Source of the DNA: a virus
Taxonomy: Duplodnaviria; Caudoviricetes
Reading direction: 5' to 3' (one strand)
Length of the DNA stretch: 25,482 bases
IMG/VR virus record: IMGVR_UViG_3300023178_000241
Coordinates: 1-25,482 of that record
The position numbers and the translations under genes were made by a program. The notes below the pieces were generated by a model. The model searched no databases and was not told where the DNA came from. It saw only the letters and a list, made by a program, of their open reading frames with translations. This document shows positions 9,328-18,819 of the stretch, piece by piece. How positions within the stretch are numbered: position 1 is the first letter of the stretch; every line of letters begins with the position of its first letter.

Positions 9328-9999
9328 TTAATTCCTGTAGCTACCTATTATATTTTCTAATTGAGAAGATAAACTTAAACCACCACTACCCAATATATTA
9401 CCAAAACTTCCTAATTGAGAAAAATCTATTTGTGGTAAGTTTGTATCTGCTAATTCTGAAAGTGGTATACTAATATTTTCGCCAAGTATCGGTATCTCTG
9501 CCTGTATATCAGATAAATCAATTTCTACATCAGAGAAATCAATTTCTACATCTTCTGCTGATGGTAATGATTCTATAACTATTTCTTCTTCTATTTCGTC
9601 TGCTGTATCTATAATATCTTGAATAACTTTGTTTGAAGTTGCAGGATTAATTCCTGTTTCATCAGCTGTTTCATTAATCAATTGTTTAAATACTGATTTC
9701 TCACTACCATCATTACCGAAAAATTCTTGGAATCTAACTCTATCAGCAGACCTTTGTACAACTTGTAATCTTACATATTGATATGGTTCCTCTATAGAAA
9801 CTCCAGGATTCTTTGGGTCTTCATATGATAATAAAAATCCATCTTCATCTCTAACTTGTTGAACTGCATCAATAGCAGAACCAGAAATTGCATACTCTTG
9901 TTTATTAGTTTCAATTTCTTTAAGAAACTTTTGTTCATCTGCATCTTGTATGTTTGTATAATACTGAGATTTTCTAGCTTGTGTTATTGTATAGGGCAT
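9328..9999 (-). CDS. Hypothetical acidic protein in the structural operon
   Basis: 223 aa, tightly packed with both neighbours; acidic, low-complexity C-terminal half. Confidence 0.7.
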   Translation of the reverse strand: MPYTITQARKSQYYTNIQDADEQKFLKEIETNKQEYAISGSAIDAVQQVRDEDGFLLSYEDPKNPGVSIEEPYQYVRLQVVQRSADRVRFQEFFGNDGSEKSVFKQLINETADETGINPATSNKVIQDIIDTADEIEEEIVIESLPSAEDVEIDFSDVEIDLSDIQAEIPILGENISIPLSELADTNLPQIDFSQLGSFGNILGSGGLSLSSQLENIIGSYRN

Positions 10000-10000
10000 T

Positions 10001-11179
10001 TTACCTCACCACTTTAAATTCAAAATCATCATCATAAACTTGTGAAGTTTCATCTGCTCCACTACCACTCACTACTTTAATTTGGAATTTGTAATATCGT
10101 TCTGGCATAAATCCATTCATCCACAAGTTAAAATAATTACCTGTAGAATCACAACTAACAATTGAACCTGTTCCAAATGGTACGATAACATCTTCAGTTA
10201 AACTATCTACAACTGAATAGTAAGTTCCTTGTGTTAAATTTCTACTACCACTTGGTAAAGTTTTAACGGTAAGTGCAGCTGGTGTTGTATCAAAGCCTCT
10301 TGTTGGATACAACTCTCTACCAACAAGTCTGAATTTTACTTTTGAATTTTGTTTGTATTCTTCTCTTAATCCTTTAAAATAAATTGTTAAATTTTCTAAA
10401 TTATTTGAACTCAAAGCAGATAAACTACCTGTACTCCAACTTGAATCATCCCACTCAATTTCTAATTTTGGTGGAAAGATTGTATTAGTTTCTCTTGAGA
10501 AAAACTTTAATTGTCCCAATTGAGATGAATCACCCTCTGCAGAACCTGTTGCAGTTGTTGGGTCAAAGATACTAAATCTACTTTGTGATGTATGTAAGTT
10601 TTGTCTCTTAACTATAAAACCGTAATTTGGATAAACTGATGATGAGTAAATATGATTCTTCACCAAATCAGTAACATCCATTCTTAAATCTTTTGTTTCA
10701 TAAACTAAATCATATGAAGCACTAACATTGTATTGAGATACAGAACTTGTGAACCAACTACCACCTTGAGTTAAATTATCTCCACCCATCCATGTAGTTT
10801 TTTGTGTATCATTATCACGATACTTCCAACTTGCTCCATCACTTAAGACAGGGTCTCTATCCATATATCCTGTACCACCATTCCAACTACCACTAATGAT
10901 ATATGCAAAAATGGTTTGTTCTACTGCTAATTCTTCTGAACTTGCATCATATAGATTTAAATAATATTTAGCATCACTTGGAATAATTCCACTTTGTATC
11001 GATGATGAAATATAACCATAATCAAACTTTATTAAGATACGAGAAACATCTACTGTCGTACCTGTTGAGTTTACATCTTTTCTAATTTCTAATATTTGGT
11101 CGATACCAGTATTATAAGATGAAGTTACATTTCCCTCATAAATGGTTGTATCGGTTATCGGGTATTCAAAATAATACAT
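10001..11179 (-). CDS. Virion protein with a DNRLRE/CBM96-like domain
   Basis: 392 aa; pattern DTTIYE...NTG...SRILIKFD...YYLNLY...ASW...NYGFIVK...PKLEIEW; AGGAG SD; TAATG overlap with the upstream gene. Confidence 0.55.
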   Translation of the reverse strand: MYYFEYPITDTTIYEGNVTSSYNTGIDQILEIRKDVNSTGTTVDVSRILIKFDYGYISSSIQSGIIPSDAKYYLNLYDASSEELAVEQTIFAYIISGSWNGGTGYMDRDPVLSDGASWKYRDNDTQKTTWMGGDNLTQGGSWFTSSVSQYNVSASYDLVYETKDLRMDVTDLVKNHIYSSSVYPNYGFIVKRQNLHTSQSRFSIFDPTTATGSAEGDSSQLGQLKFFSRETNTIFPPKLEIEWDDSSWSTGSLSALSSNNLENLTIYFKGLREEYKQNSKVKFRLVGRELYPTRGFDTTPAALTVKTLPSGSRNLTQGTYYSVVDSLTEDVIVPFGTGSIVSCDSTGNYFNLWMNGFMPERYYKFQIKVVSGSGADETSQVYDDDFEFKVVR

Positions 11180-13152
11180 TAAATGTCTCCTACTACTCTA
11201 CCTGTTATATCAGAATTTGGATATTTAATTTCGAAACAACAAGGGTCTAATGATGGATACACAACACCATCTTTTGTTGCTGATGGTATATCATAAACAT
11301 GACCACTATATCCACTTTCTGTTTGATAATTGTTTTCTATCACAACCATTTGTTTTTGTGGATTATCATCTTCTGGTGGTACAACACTTGCCACACCATC
11401 CACTAATGAAATCTTGTATGCAATATCACTCAATATAATTGGTTGTCCAATTTGATATCTATCAATATTAAAATGTTTTTTAACTTCATCAATACATTTT
11501 AATAATACTTCGTTTTTATTGTATCCTCTTTGTGTGATGATGCTAAATCTTACACTAATATTTACAATATATGCATCCTTGATATTAATTGCATCTGTCA
11601 TTAATCTATATTGAGATAAATAAGTTTTTAAATTTTGTTTTACTGCTCTATTTAAAGTAGTTAATTTCTTGTTAGAATCAAATCCTAAAACATACATATT
11701 TAGTGCCAATGGATTTGCTATTGGTTGAGTTCCAACATTCTGAACTATCTCACCCTCTTTCATAATAAGTTTTGTATGTTGTTCTAATTGTTCATCTTGT
11801 ACAATATAAGTTTTTGCAATGTTACCATATTTTTGTGGTAACGAATATGTTCTAACTGCGTAATCTTCTTTTGTAACTGCTCTGTTTTGTGATGCAAAAT
11901 AAGCTAATGCATTTTGTCGAGTATCTTCTATAGTTTCTCCGTTAGAACCACCTGTTGCTGGAACAGGATTTGTTACTGATAAACTTTGTTTCATTGTGTT
12001 CACTTCAGTAGAATCTAAATTATCTTCATCAATTGTAAATGTTGGTGAATCAAGTCTTGTAATTGTATTACTTGCTGCATTATCTTGGATACTTCCACCA
12101 TGAGAATACTTAATTGTTAATGTTGTGTTTTTTGGTGCTAATCCATAAGTTCTTGTTTTCAAGAAATTACTTGGGTCAAATGATTCATCAAGTTTAGATA
12201 AACCTGTACCAAGTGAACTACCAACATTATCTGGATTTGGAATTATTTCTTCATCAGCATTATCACTAATACCTGCACCAAATCTTAATTCTACTTTACC
12301 ATCACTACGAATATATTTTACAAATCGTTTTGGTGTTTTAATTAATTGTAAAAGAAATGGTGATTCTTTTTTATATGTTGATAAATCAGGACTATTCTTT
12401 TCTGAATTTTCTACAGATTTAAATACCGTATCTTGTGCAAGAAATGGAACTTCATACCAAGTATCTCCATCACTATCTGTACAACTAATAATATCAATTA
12501 CATTTGAATTATTTAAAATAATTTTATCAAATTTTGTTGCTCCACCAAAAGTAAATTCTTGTGTTGTTACTTCACCTGATTTTAATATACCACTTTTAGT
12601 TAAAGAAAAATATGTTGGTGTTGTACCACTTGTTTGTGCAACTTCAATTTCCATACTATCTAAAGAACTTGATGCTTTAAAATTAATATCATCCACTAAT
12701 CTAAATGTGGTTCCGTTTCTTGAAGAGAATCCACTATCCGCATCTAATATAGGTGCGTAAGTTAAATCAGGTTGATATGAATCACCAACTTGAACTGATG
12801 GAACTTGAACGGTAAATCTACCAATTGCTGTAGCTGGTGTTGTTAGTTTTGGTTTATATCCAAATGATTGTGCAATCTTAAAAATGTTTTTCTTTTCTTC
12901 TGCTGCATGTAATAGAGTTTCACGATATTGATTATCAACATAGAAGTTTAATAAATCACCAACATAAGCAGCCATTTCAATAAACATCATACCAGGGTCT
13001 GATTCATTAAAATCATTGTATGTTTTTGGGAAGTAAGATTTAGCAAAGTCAATCAAGTTGTTTCTGATAGAACTAAACTCTCTACCAAGATATGATATAT
13101 CTTTTTTTATCGTTTTCTTACTTGTGTTATAATCAGGATTTTGTGTTGGCAT
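11179..13152 (-). CDS. Baseplate wedge subunit, T4 gp6 / baseplate J-like
   Basis: 657 aa; SYLGREFSSIRNNL...NDFNESDPGMMFIEMAAY, GYKP, ATGGSNGET...QNRAVTKEDY are hallmark gp6/J motifs. Confidence 0.88.
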   Translation of the reverse strand: MPTQNPDYNTSKKTIKKDISYLGREFSSIRNNLIDFAKSYFPKTYNDFNESDPGMMFIEMAAYVGDLLNFYVDNQYRETLLHAAEEKKNIFKIAQSFGYKPKLTTPATAIGRFTVQVPSVQVGDSYQPDLTYAPILDADSGFSSRNGTTFRLVDDINFKASSSLDSMEIEVAQTSGTTPTYFSLTKSGILKSGEVTTQEFTFGGATKFDKIILNNSNVIDIISCTDSDGDTWYEVPFLAQDTVFKSVENSEKNSPDLSTYKKESPFLLQLIKTPKRFVKYIRSDGKVELRFGAGISDNADEEIIPNPDNVGSSLGTGLSKLDESFDPSNFLKTRTYGLAPKNTTLTIKYSHGGSIQDNAASNTITRLDSPTFTIDEDNLDSTEVNTMKQSLSVTNPVPATGGSNGETIEDTRQNALAYFASQNRAVTKEDYAVRTYSLPQKYGNIAKTYIVQDEQLEQHTKLIMKEGEIVQNVGTQPIANPLALNMYVLGFDSNKKLTTLNRAVKQNLKTYLSQYRLMTDAINIKDAYIVNISVRFSIITQRGYNKNEVLLKCIDEVKKHFNIDRYQIGQPIILSDIAYKISLVDGVASVVPPEDDNPQKQMVVIENNYQTESGYSGHVYDIPSATKDGVVYPSLDPCCFEIKYPNSDITGRVVGDI

Positions 13153-13153
13153 C

Positions 13154-13582
13154 TTAAACTCCAGTATTAAAATTAAATGTAATAGTTTCTATTGCATCCG
13201 GGTCATCAATAGTAACTCTAAATTCTAAAGAAACAGTAATTAAGTTTGGATTTTTTTCATCCACAAAAGTAAAAACATTTTCAGCAACTACATAAGGTAA
13301 CCACTCTTCTAAAGCCTCTTCTATAGCAGATTGTATTCTATCACCAATTTCATCATCAATAGGTTCAAACAATATTTCTGATAATCTACTTCCGAAGTTA
13401 GGCTGTCCTACTCGTTCACCTTTTATAGTTAGTAGTAAGTTTTTTATATTAGATGAAGCCTGTTCTCTTAAAGTACTTGACCTAACAAAGTTATTATCAA
13501 CTCCTTCCTTTAAAGGAAATGTTAAACCAAAATATGAATCCGGGTCTTCATTAATTATTCTTACTACATTTTTTGTTGCCAT
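13154..13582 (-). CDS. Baseplate wedge protein, GPW/gp25 family
   Basis: 142 aa; NLLLTIKGERVGQPNFGSRL..ILFEP...WLP is the gp25 signature; adjacent to the gp6-like gene. Confidence 0.9.
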   Translation of the reverse strand: MATKNVVRIINEDPDSYFGLTFPLKEGVDNNFVRSSTLREQASSNIKNLLLTIKGERVGQPNFGSRLSEILFEPIDDEIGDRIQSAIEEALEEWLPYVVAENVFTFVDEKNPNLITVSLEFRVTIDDPDAIETITFNFNTGV

Positions 13583-14052
13583 TATTTTTTACTCTGCATC
13601 TTATCGTGTTTCATTAAATCACTATAATCTCTTGTTAAAGCATTTAGTACACTTTCAGGTACATCATCTACACTTAAATTCTTTTCTCTTAATGTTTGTG
13701 CAGCTATCATGTTTCGTTGTGTTTCTTTATCACCACCTGCTCTCATTGAATCACCATATCCTAATAGTTCGGTAGCTCTTGAAGAATCAAATGTTCCACC
13801 GCCCATTGTTGGATACTCATCCATTTCATCAGCCTGTCCTAAACCAACTGTTTCATTTAATACATCATTTAATGCTTTATTTTCGGTGTATTGTACAGGT
13901 TCTTTTTTCTTCTGTACTGATTTTACAACTTGTTTAGGTGCAAGAGATTTTAGAGACGATTTATTCTCATTAATAAATATCTTCTTCACCTCTTTTTGTA
14001 CTTCTCGTTTTACAACTTCTTGTATTATTTTTACAAGTTCTTTTTTAGTCAT
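13582..14052 (-). CDS. Hypothetical protein
   Basis: 156 aa, AGGAG SD, TAATG overlap with gp25; basic coiled-coil N-terminus. Confidence 0.75.
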   Translation of the reverse strand: MTKKELVKIIQEVVKREVQKEVKKIFINENKSSLKSLAPKQVVKSVQKKKEPVQYTENKALNDVLNETVGLGQADEMDEYPTMGGGTFDSSRATELLGYGDSMRAGGDKETQRNMIAAQTLREKNLSVDDVPESVLNALTRDYSDLMKHDKMQSKK

Positions 14053-14067
14053 TTCTAACTCCTATGT

Positions 14068-15246
14068 TTATTTATCAATTCTATGTTTACCACTTAAAAA
14101 ATTATCCAATTGTGCTTGAATCGAAGATACTTGTCCAGCTAATGCAGCTCCTTTACCCGTCAAATTCCCTACATTTAATCCTGTTCCAAAGGTAATTAAT
14201 GCTGATGATAATTGGTTTAACAATGTATTTAATGTTCTTCCTAATACTTGTGGTTGTGATGCACTATCACTTCCTATTTTCACTACTGGTGATTTAAAAA
14301 CAACTTTATCTGAATCCACAAGTGTATCTGGTGTTTCCACAACAACTTGTTTAACTGCACCTATTGAAATAAGATTGGAACTAAACATTCCAACATCACC
14401 TTTGTTCTTAGTATTAAATATAATGTTATCTGAACTTAGTAAAATATTTTTACCTTTTTTATTTTCAAAAATAGTTTTTTTAGCAGGTGAATAATCTAAT
14501 TCTTGGTTTGTAACAAGATGAATACTTGAACCATCTTTGTCAATGTTTTCTCGTACAGGTTCTTTTTTATTTCCTTCTTTTGTTGTTCCTGCAGTTAAAA
14601 TGATATTTGGTGAATCTGGATTTTGATTTCTTTCATCACTACCTAAACGAATTGCATTTCCAAACCTACCATCAATAATTACATCGCCCTCTTTAGGTAA
14701 TAATCTACGAGCATCAGTTTCTTTATTTATATAGTATCCAATTTCAGTACCATTTTCATCACCTTTATTTGCTGTCATTCTACCTATATTAGAACTTAAA
14801 GTATTTTCTGATTTTATTTTACTAATTCCATGTTGTGTATTTATACTTGGATTACCAAAAACATTTATTTGTGAAAAGTAATAATTATCACCAAGATATT
14901 CACCAGAAACTAATACTTCACCAACAACAGGAATAGTATGAACATTAGGATTTAATGGTTTAAAAATTTTACACTTATCTATATTCAATCCTTGTTCAGT
15001 AATAATACCTCTACCAATTACTGCACCAAGATATTGATAATCAGGTGTACCATCTTGTTTTTTTGGAAACGATGGTAATCTACTATCCAACAACACCTCT
15101 AAAACTTCAATTGGTTCAAGTTCATAAAATCTATTATCTTGTTGGGCAATCTTCATATACTTTTTTAAAGTATTGAAAGTTTGTATCCCACCTTGAATTA
15201 CTGGTGTTGTTCGTGAATCTTTTTTTATGTTAAATCCACCACTCAT
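14068..15246 (-). CDS. Baseplate hub/central spike protein (gp5/gpV-like)
   Basis: 392 aa; OB-fold-like IPVVGEVL, then LPKEGDVIIDGRFGNAIRLGS and a beta-strand-rich C-terminal half; located upstream of gp25/gp6. Confidence 0.55.
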   Translation of the reverse strand: MSGGFNIKKDSRTTPVIQGGIQTFNTLKKYMKIAQQDNRFYELEPIEVLEVLLDSRLPSFPKKQDGTPDYQYLGAVIGRGIITEQGLNIDKCKIFKPLNPNVHTIPVVGEVLVSGEYLGDNYYFSQINVFGNPSINTQHGISKIKSENTLSSNIGRMTANKGDENGTEIGYYINKETDARRLLPKEGDVIIDGRFGNAIRLGSDERNQNPDSPNIILTAGTTKEGNKKEPVRENIDKDGSSIHLVTNQELDYSPAKKTIFENKKGKNILLSSDNIIFNTKNKGDVGMFSSNLISIGAVKQVVVETPDTLVDSDKVVFKSPVVKIGSDSASQPQVLGRTLNTLLNQLSSALITFGTGLNVGNLTGKGAALAGQVSSIQAQLDNFLSGKHRIDK

Positions 15247-15253
15247 ATGTTTT

Positions 15254-15631
15254 TTAATTTACCTTTGCTGTGATATTATCTGTATGGTCTTGTAACTCAT
15301 GAACCGTATCGGTTATGTTTTTCATTAATTGGTCTTTTTCTGCATCCGTTAAACCAAATTCACTATCTGAATCTTGTTTACTACCCGCTTGTGCTAATCT
15401 TTGTACAATAGTTGCTAACTTAACTAATTGTTCATCATTCTTGACATTGATTTCTAAGTATTCCTTTAACATAGGAACTATTTGCACAGCGGTATCACCA
15501 TCTTTAATAAACCCAACAATCTCTTTCATTAGTACTTCTAATTGTTTTTTATTGTTTGCTGAGTTATCATAGATGTCTTTGAATACATCTGATAAGGTTT
15601 TACCCTCGAATATTTCGAAATCAATTGCCAT
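15254..15631 (-). CDS. Hypothetical helical protein
   Basis: 125 aa; first gene after late-promoter motif copy 3. Confidence 0.75.
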   Translation of the reverse strand: MAIDFEIFEGKTLSDVFKDIYDNSANNKKQLEVLMKEIVGFIKDGDTAVQIVPMLKEYLEINVKNDEQLVKLATIVQRLAQAGSKQDSDSEFGLTDAEKDQLMKNITDTVHELQDHTDNITAKVN

Positions 15632-15649
15632 AATTTTACCTGTAAGTTA

Positions 15650-15665
15650 TCATTAATAAATATAA
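15650..15665 (-). promoter_or_regulatory. Putative phage late promoter, copy 3 (TTATATTTATtaATGA)
   Basis: Heads the baseplate operon. Confidence 0.7.
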
Positions 15666-15685
15666 AACTATGAAAAAATCGATGT

Positions 15686-15701
15686 ATATATTTATATATC
15701 C
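15686..15701 (+). promoter_or_regulatory. Possible divergent copy of the late promoter (aTATATTTATatATcc)
   Basis: Core TATATTTAT at 15687-15695 on the plus strand, upstream of the only plus-strand gene. Confidence 0.45.
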
Positions 15702-15785
15702 TATTTTTTTATCAAATATATACAATAGTTATTATTGTGTCGGTGAAAATCCGACTTAATTGATAACTAACGGGAGAAAGACCAT

Positions 15786-16007
15786 ATGAAGGAAATCATA
15801 ACACTCGTAAAAGGATATGTAGATGACTTAGCTCATCTAATGTTATCCTTTGTTACTATAGGTGCTGTTTCCGAGATTATCTTCGGTAGTGGTATCTTTG
15901 GTGTCAATGTTATTGGTAACCTAACATCTATAATCAACACATTCGGCGAGTCAGGCTTCGCCGGTCTTGTCGCATTGTTGGTGTTAGTGGGTTTATTCCG
16001 TAAGTAG
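15786..16007 (+). CDS. Small hydrophobic membrane protein (73 aa, about two hydrophobic segments)
   Basis: GGGAG SD, ATG, Gly-rich hydrophobic helices, C-terminal FRK; followed by an intrinsic terminator. Confidence 0.85.
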   Translation: MKEIITLVKGYVDDLAHLMLSFVTIGAVSEIIFGSGIFGVNVIGNLTSIINTFGESGFAGLVALLVLVGLFRK

Positions 16008-16027
16008 TACTATATCGGATAGATAAT

Positions 16028-16061
16028 AAGGGGAAGTCTTTTCCGAGGCTTCCCCTTTTTT
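16028..16061 (+). terminator. Rho-independent terminator, possibly bidirectional
   Basis: GGGGAAGTCTT-TTCC-GAGGCTTCCCC followed by a T-run; lies between convergent genes. Confidence 0.85.
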
Positions 16062-16064
16062 ATT

Positions 16065-16148
16065 TTATACTCCTCGTTGAAAGTATTTCACCAAAAAGTA
16101 TCCAGCAACTGCAAATCCTGCAATCACTAAGTAACTTGTAAACTCCAT
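16065..16148 (-). CDS. Small single-TM protein (27 aa, MEFTSYLVIAGFAVAGYFLVKYFQRGV)
   Basis: Read manually; GAGG SD 6 nt upstream of ATG (alternative ATG at 16151); TAA just before the terminator. Confidence 0.6.
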   Translation of the reverse strand: MEFTSYLVIAGFAVAGYFLVKYFQRGV

Positions 16149-16178
16149 CATTTACCTCATCTGTTTATTAACAAATTC

Positions 16179-16901
16179 TTATAAGTTCCAACTACCTGTA
16201 TATCGAGTTTCGATAGAACCTGTAGCAATATAGGTTTTCTGTAATTGTTCATGATGTTTTTTCATCACATTAATTACACGAGTGATGTGTTGTGTGTTGG
16301 AACCAGTCATCTCACGAATCAAGATGTATAGAGCTTTTTTATTGAAGTTATCAATACTATCTTTCATCTCAATTAACTGAACTACAGCATTAGCAACATC
16401 TAAATCTTTTTTTCGTTTGAAAACAGTTGTTAGATTATTAGTCCAATACTCAACCATTTGTTCTAAGTACTCCATCTTAAGCTGTTCAGTTTCCTTACCT
16501 CTCATCTCTGTTACAGGGTCTCTCTTGTAATCTGTAACTTCTTCGGAGTCATGTTGTTTCATTCGTTTGTAGTTATTGTTGTTATGTAGAATCAGATAAT
16601 TCTTAGCAACAATACTAAAGTAAGAGAATGCCTTACCCTTACCCTCTGTGAACTTATGCATATTCATATACAAGAAACTCACTACCTCGTGTTTAACATC
16701 ATCACTTGGAACATCAAAGTAATAAAACTTAAATGTATGAATAATGTTTTCTGCCAACTTTTCAAATGGTGTACGAATATGTTCATTATAAATTCGTTCT
16801 CTCATGTGTGGACGAGTTTCTTTATTATGACGAATAATCGCATCTTGTGTTGAATCTGTGAAGTAATATCTTGTTGAACCTTTTTTTGCTTTACGAGGCA
16901 T
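16179..16901 (-). CDS. Phage RNA polymerase sigma factor, T4 gp55-like (late transcription)
   Basis: 240 aa; sigma region 2-like KLAENII...DDVKHEVVSFL...KFTEGKGKAFSYFSIVAKNYL; N-terminal YYF; next to the structural module. Confidence 0.7.
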   Translation of the reverse strand: MPRKAKKGSTRYYFTDSTQDAIIRHNKETRPHMRERIYNEHIRTPFEKLAENIIHTFKFYYFDVPSDDVKHEVVSFLYMNMHKFTEGKGKAFSYFSIVAKNYLILHNNNNYKRMKQHDSEEVTDYKRDPVTEMRGKETEQLKMEYLEQMVEYWTNNLTTVFKRKKDLDVANAVVQLIEMKDSIDNFNKKALYILIREMTGSNTQHITRVINVMKKHHEQLQKTYIATGSIETRYTGSWNL

Positions 16902-17152
16902 TATATCTCCTTATCGGTTATAGTTTCTAATTCAGTAATTGTTTCTTTGATTCCCTCAAAGACAACTCCGATTTCATCATCGGATTCGAACTTACCCTCT
17001 GAATCTAATTCATCAAGTACATTCTTTGTGATGGTTACTCTAGCAGCATAATCTTCAATCCAAGCCTCTAACCTTTCTACTTTTCTCGTAAGGTTAAATG
17101 TTGTGTATCCAAATGTTATTGCTAAACAACCAAGTATTATTTCTACTATCAT
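16901..17152 (-). CDS. Small protein with N-terminal TM helix and acidic coiled coil
   Basis: 83 aa; GGAG SD; ATGA and TAATG overlaps with neighbours. Confidence 0.75.
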   Translation of the reverse strand: MIVEIILGCLAITFGYTTFNLTRKVERLEAWIEDYAARVTITKNVLDELDSEGKFESDDEIGVVFEGIKETITELETITDKEI

Positions 17153-17925
17153 TTTTTCTCTCCAAACAACTCTTCAAATAAATCCTTTGGTGAATCACCT
17201 GTGAGTTTAGTTTCTGTTTCGGTTTGTACTGCTTGTTTGATGTTAGAAACTTTCTTACTAACTTCTTGTTTAGATTGTTCTTCACCTTGTTCCCATTTAT
17301 CATATTCAAGATGAGTAGCCATCATATCAGCTTGGTGTAGAACATAAGCAATATTACTACGAAGACGAGTTGCGTGAATGTAACCTGTATAATAACTTTT
17401 GTTAGCCTCTTCATACATCCCATCAGTTAATCTTAATCCAATGTATTCCCATTTGGACATCTTTACACCAAAGTGATTCAATAGAAATATTGCTCTATCA
17501 GTAACAGTCATGTATTGAATCTCATCATTGTGTTTGAAAATCAATCCTTGATTCTTACGATGCCAATCTGAATCGTTTGGTGAATAATACTCACCCTCCA
17601 AATCACCAACTTTACCTAAGTCGTGATGAAGAGCTGCAAATACTAATTCTTCATTTGTATAATTTATATGAGCCCCATTCTCTTTCCATAACTTGTTTAT
17701 CTTTAGAGCTAAACTAGCTACATGAAGAACATGCTCTACATAACCACCCACATAGGCGTTATGATAATGTTCCTTACCACTTGCTGGAGCAACTATTATT
17801 CTATCTTCTAAGGAATCATACATTTCATTTAATCTCTCAAGTCGTTCACCTGAAAATGTATCATTAACTAACCTACGAAGTTTTTGATAGTTCTTTACCA
17901 ACTGGTCTTGTGTTAATTGTGTCAT
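17149..17925 (-). CDS. HD-domain metal-dependent phosphohydrolase
   Basis: 258 aa; PASGKEHYHNAYVGGYVEH, ALHHDLGK and LHQAD motifs (YhaM-like HD family). Confidence 0.88.
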   Translation of the reverse strand: MTQLTQDQLVKNYQKLRRLVNDTFSGERLERLNEMYDSLEDRIIVAPASGKEHYHNAYVGGYVEHVLHVASLALKINKLWKENGAHINYTNEELVFAALHHDLGKVGDLEGEYYSPNDSDWHRKNQGLIFKHNDEIQYMTVTDRAIFLLNHFGVKMSKWEYIGLRLTDGMYEEANKSYYTGYIHATRLRSNIAYVLHQADMMATHLEYDKWEQGEEQSKQEVSKKVSNIKQAVQTETETKLTGDSPKDLFEELFGEKK

Positions 17926-17943
17926 TTATTATTTCTCCATTTT

Positions 17944-18819
17944 TTAGTTATCAAATTTTTTAAAGTTTTCTAAATACTTGTTTGTAGAATCTCTATGTGC
18001 TTTTTTCATATCATATTTAAACTCTTTTATCATACCAATGTTTTTTCCATCTTTACCTTGAGCCATCATTTCTTTTCTAATACTCACATACTCTGGCCAT
18101 TTATTCATCAACTTCTCATGTTCTTTATTGTGAAACTCTGCATCTCGATATTCCGAACAACCACCCTCTTGATATGAACCCCAATGTGCTGAATATAAAT
18201 CTGTTCTTCGGTTTGTATAACCTCTTGTTAAATACTCTAACATAAAGTTAGCATCTTCACCAACTTGACATAAATCCCAATCTACATAATCTCTAAACCC
18301 TTTACATTTTTTACCATCAATACAATGCATAGAATTAAAAAATATGTTATCATGTGTTGAACCTAATGGTGGCAAATTAGTTCTTCTGTGTCCAATATGA
18401 ACTAAAGTTTTTTCATTATCAAACCATTCATTGAATTGAGCAAACATCTCTACAAAATCTCTATATTGCATTTTCCATTTTGATAATGGGCTACCATCTT
18501 CTTTTAATACATCTGGAATATAAACTTCATTAATTCTTAAATCACCATAATACTTTCTATTTCTTCTGTAGAAAATAACATCATCATCCCACATACAAAA
18601 TCGTTGTTCATCAGCGTGATATATAATTTCTTTCCTAACTTTTGCAATAGTGTTTAGTTCATCAGATAATACTAAATACTCTGCATCATAATCATATAAA
18701 TCTTTTTCTCTTTCATGAATAACAAAACAAACTTTTTCTTGTAATTGTTTTGGTAGATTATCCCAAGTTACTTGTTCATTAGGTCTGCCAACTGTAGGTA
18801 TATAAATCTTATCAATCAT
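17944..18819 (-). CDS. GT-A glycosyltransferase, TAGT / T-even beta-glucosyl-HMC-alpha-glucosyltransferase-like
   Basis: 291 aa; IYIPTVGR, IAKVRKEI, DxD motif in MWDDD, GED...L..LTRGY.N, GGCSEYR, KWP. Confidence 0.8.
   Translation of the reverse strand: MIDKIYIPTVGRPNEQVTWDNLPKQLQEKVCFVIHEREKDLYDYDAEYLVLSDELNTIAKVRKEIIYHADEQRFCMWDDDVIFYRRNRKYYGDLRINEVYIPDVLKEDGSPLSKWKMQYRDFVEMFAQFNEWFDNEKTLVHIGHRRTNLPPLGSTHDNIFFNSMHCIDGKKCKGFRDYVDWDLCQVGEDANFMLEYLTRGYTNRRTDLYSAHWGSYQEGGCSEYRDAEFHNKEHEKLMNKWPEYVSIRKEMMAQGKDGKNIGMIKEFKYDMKKAHRDSTNKYLENFKKFDN

Noticed and set aside
9509-9552. Two-copy 21-bp tandem repeat (DVEIDFS/DVEIDLS)
   Set aside because: In-frame coding duplication in a low-complexity tail; no spacers, so not CRISPR or a DGR repeat.
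17094-17309. 71-aa minus-strand ORF
   Set aside because: Out-of-frame overlap with both the HD gene and the 83-aa gene, which are coupled by an ATGA overlap.
17149-17925. DatZ/Z-genome assignment for the HD protein
   Set aside because: No PurZ or MazZ in the window, and the motifs fit the general YhaM-like HD family; the substrate cannot be assigned.
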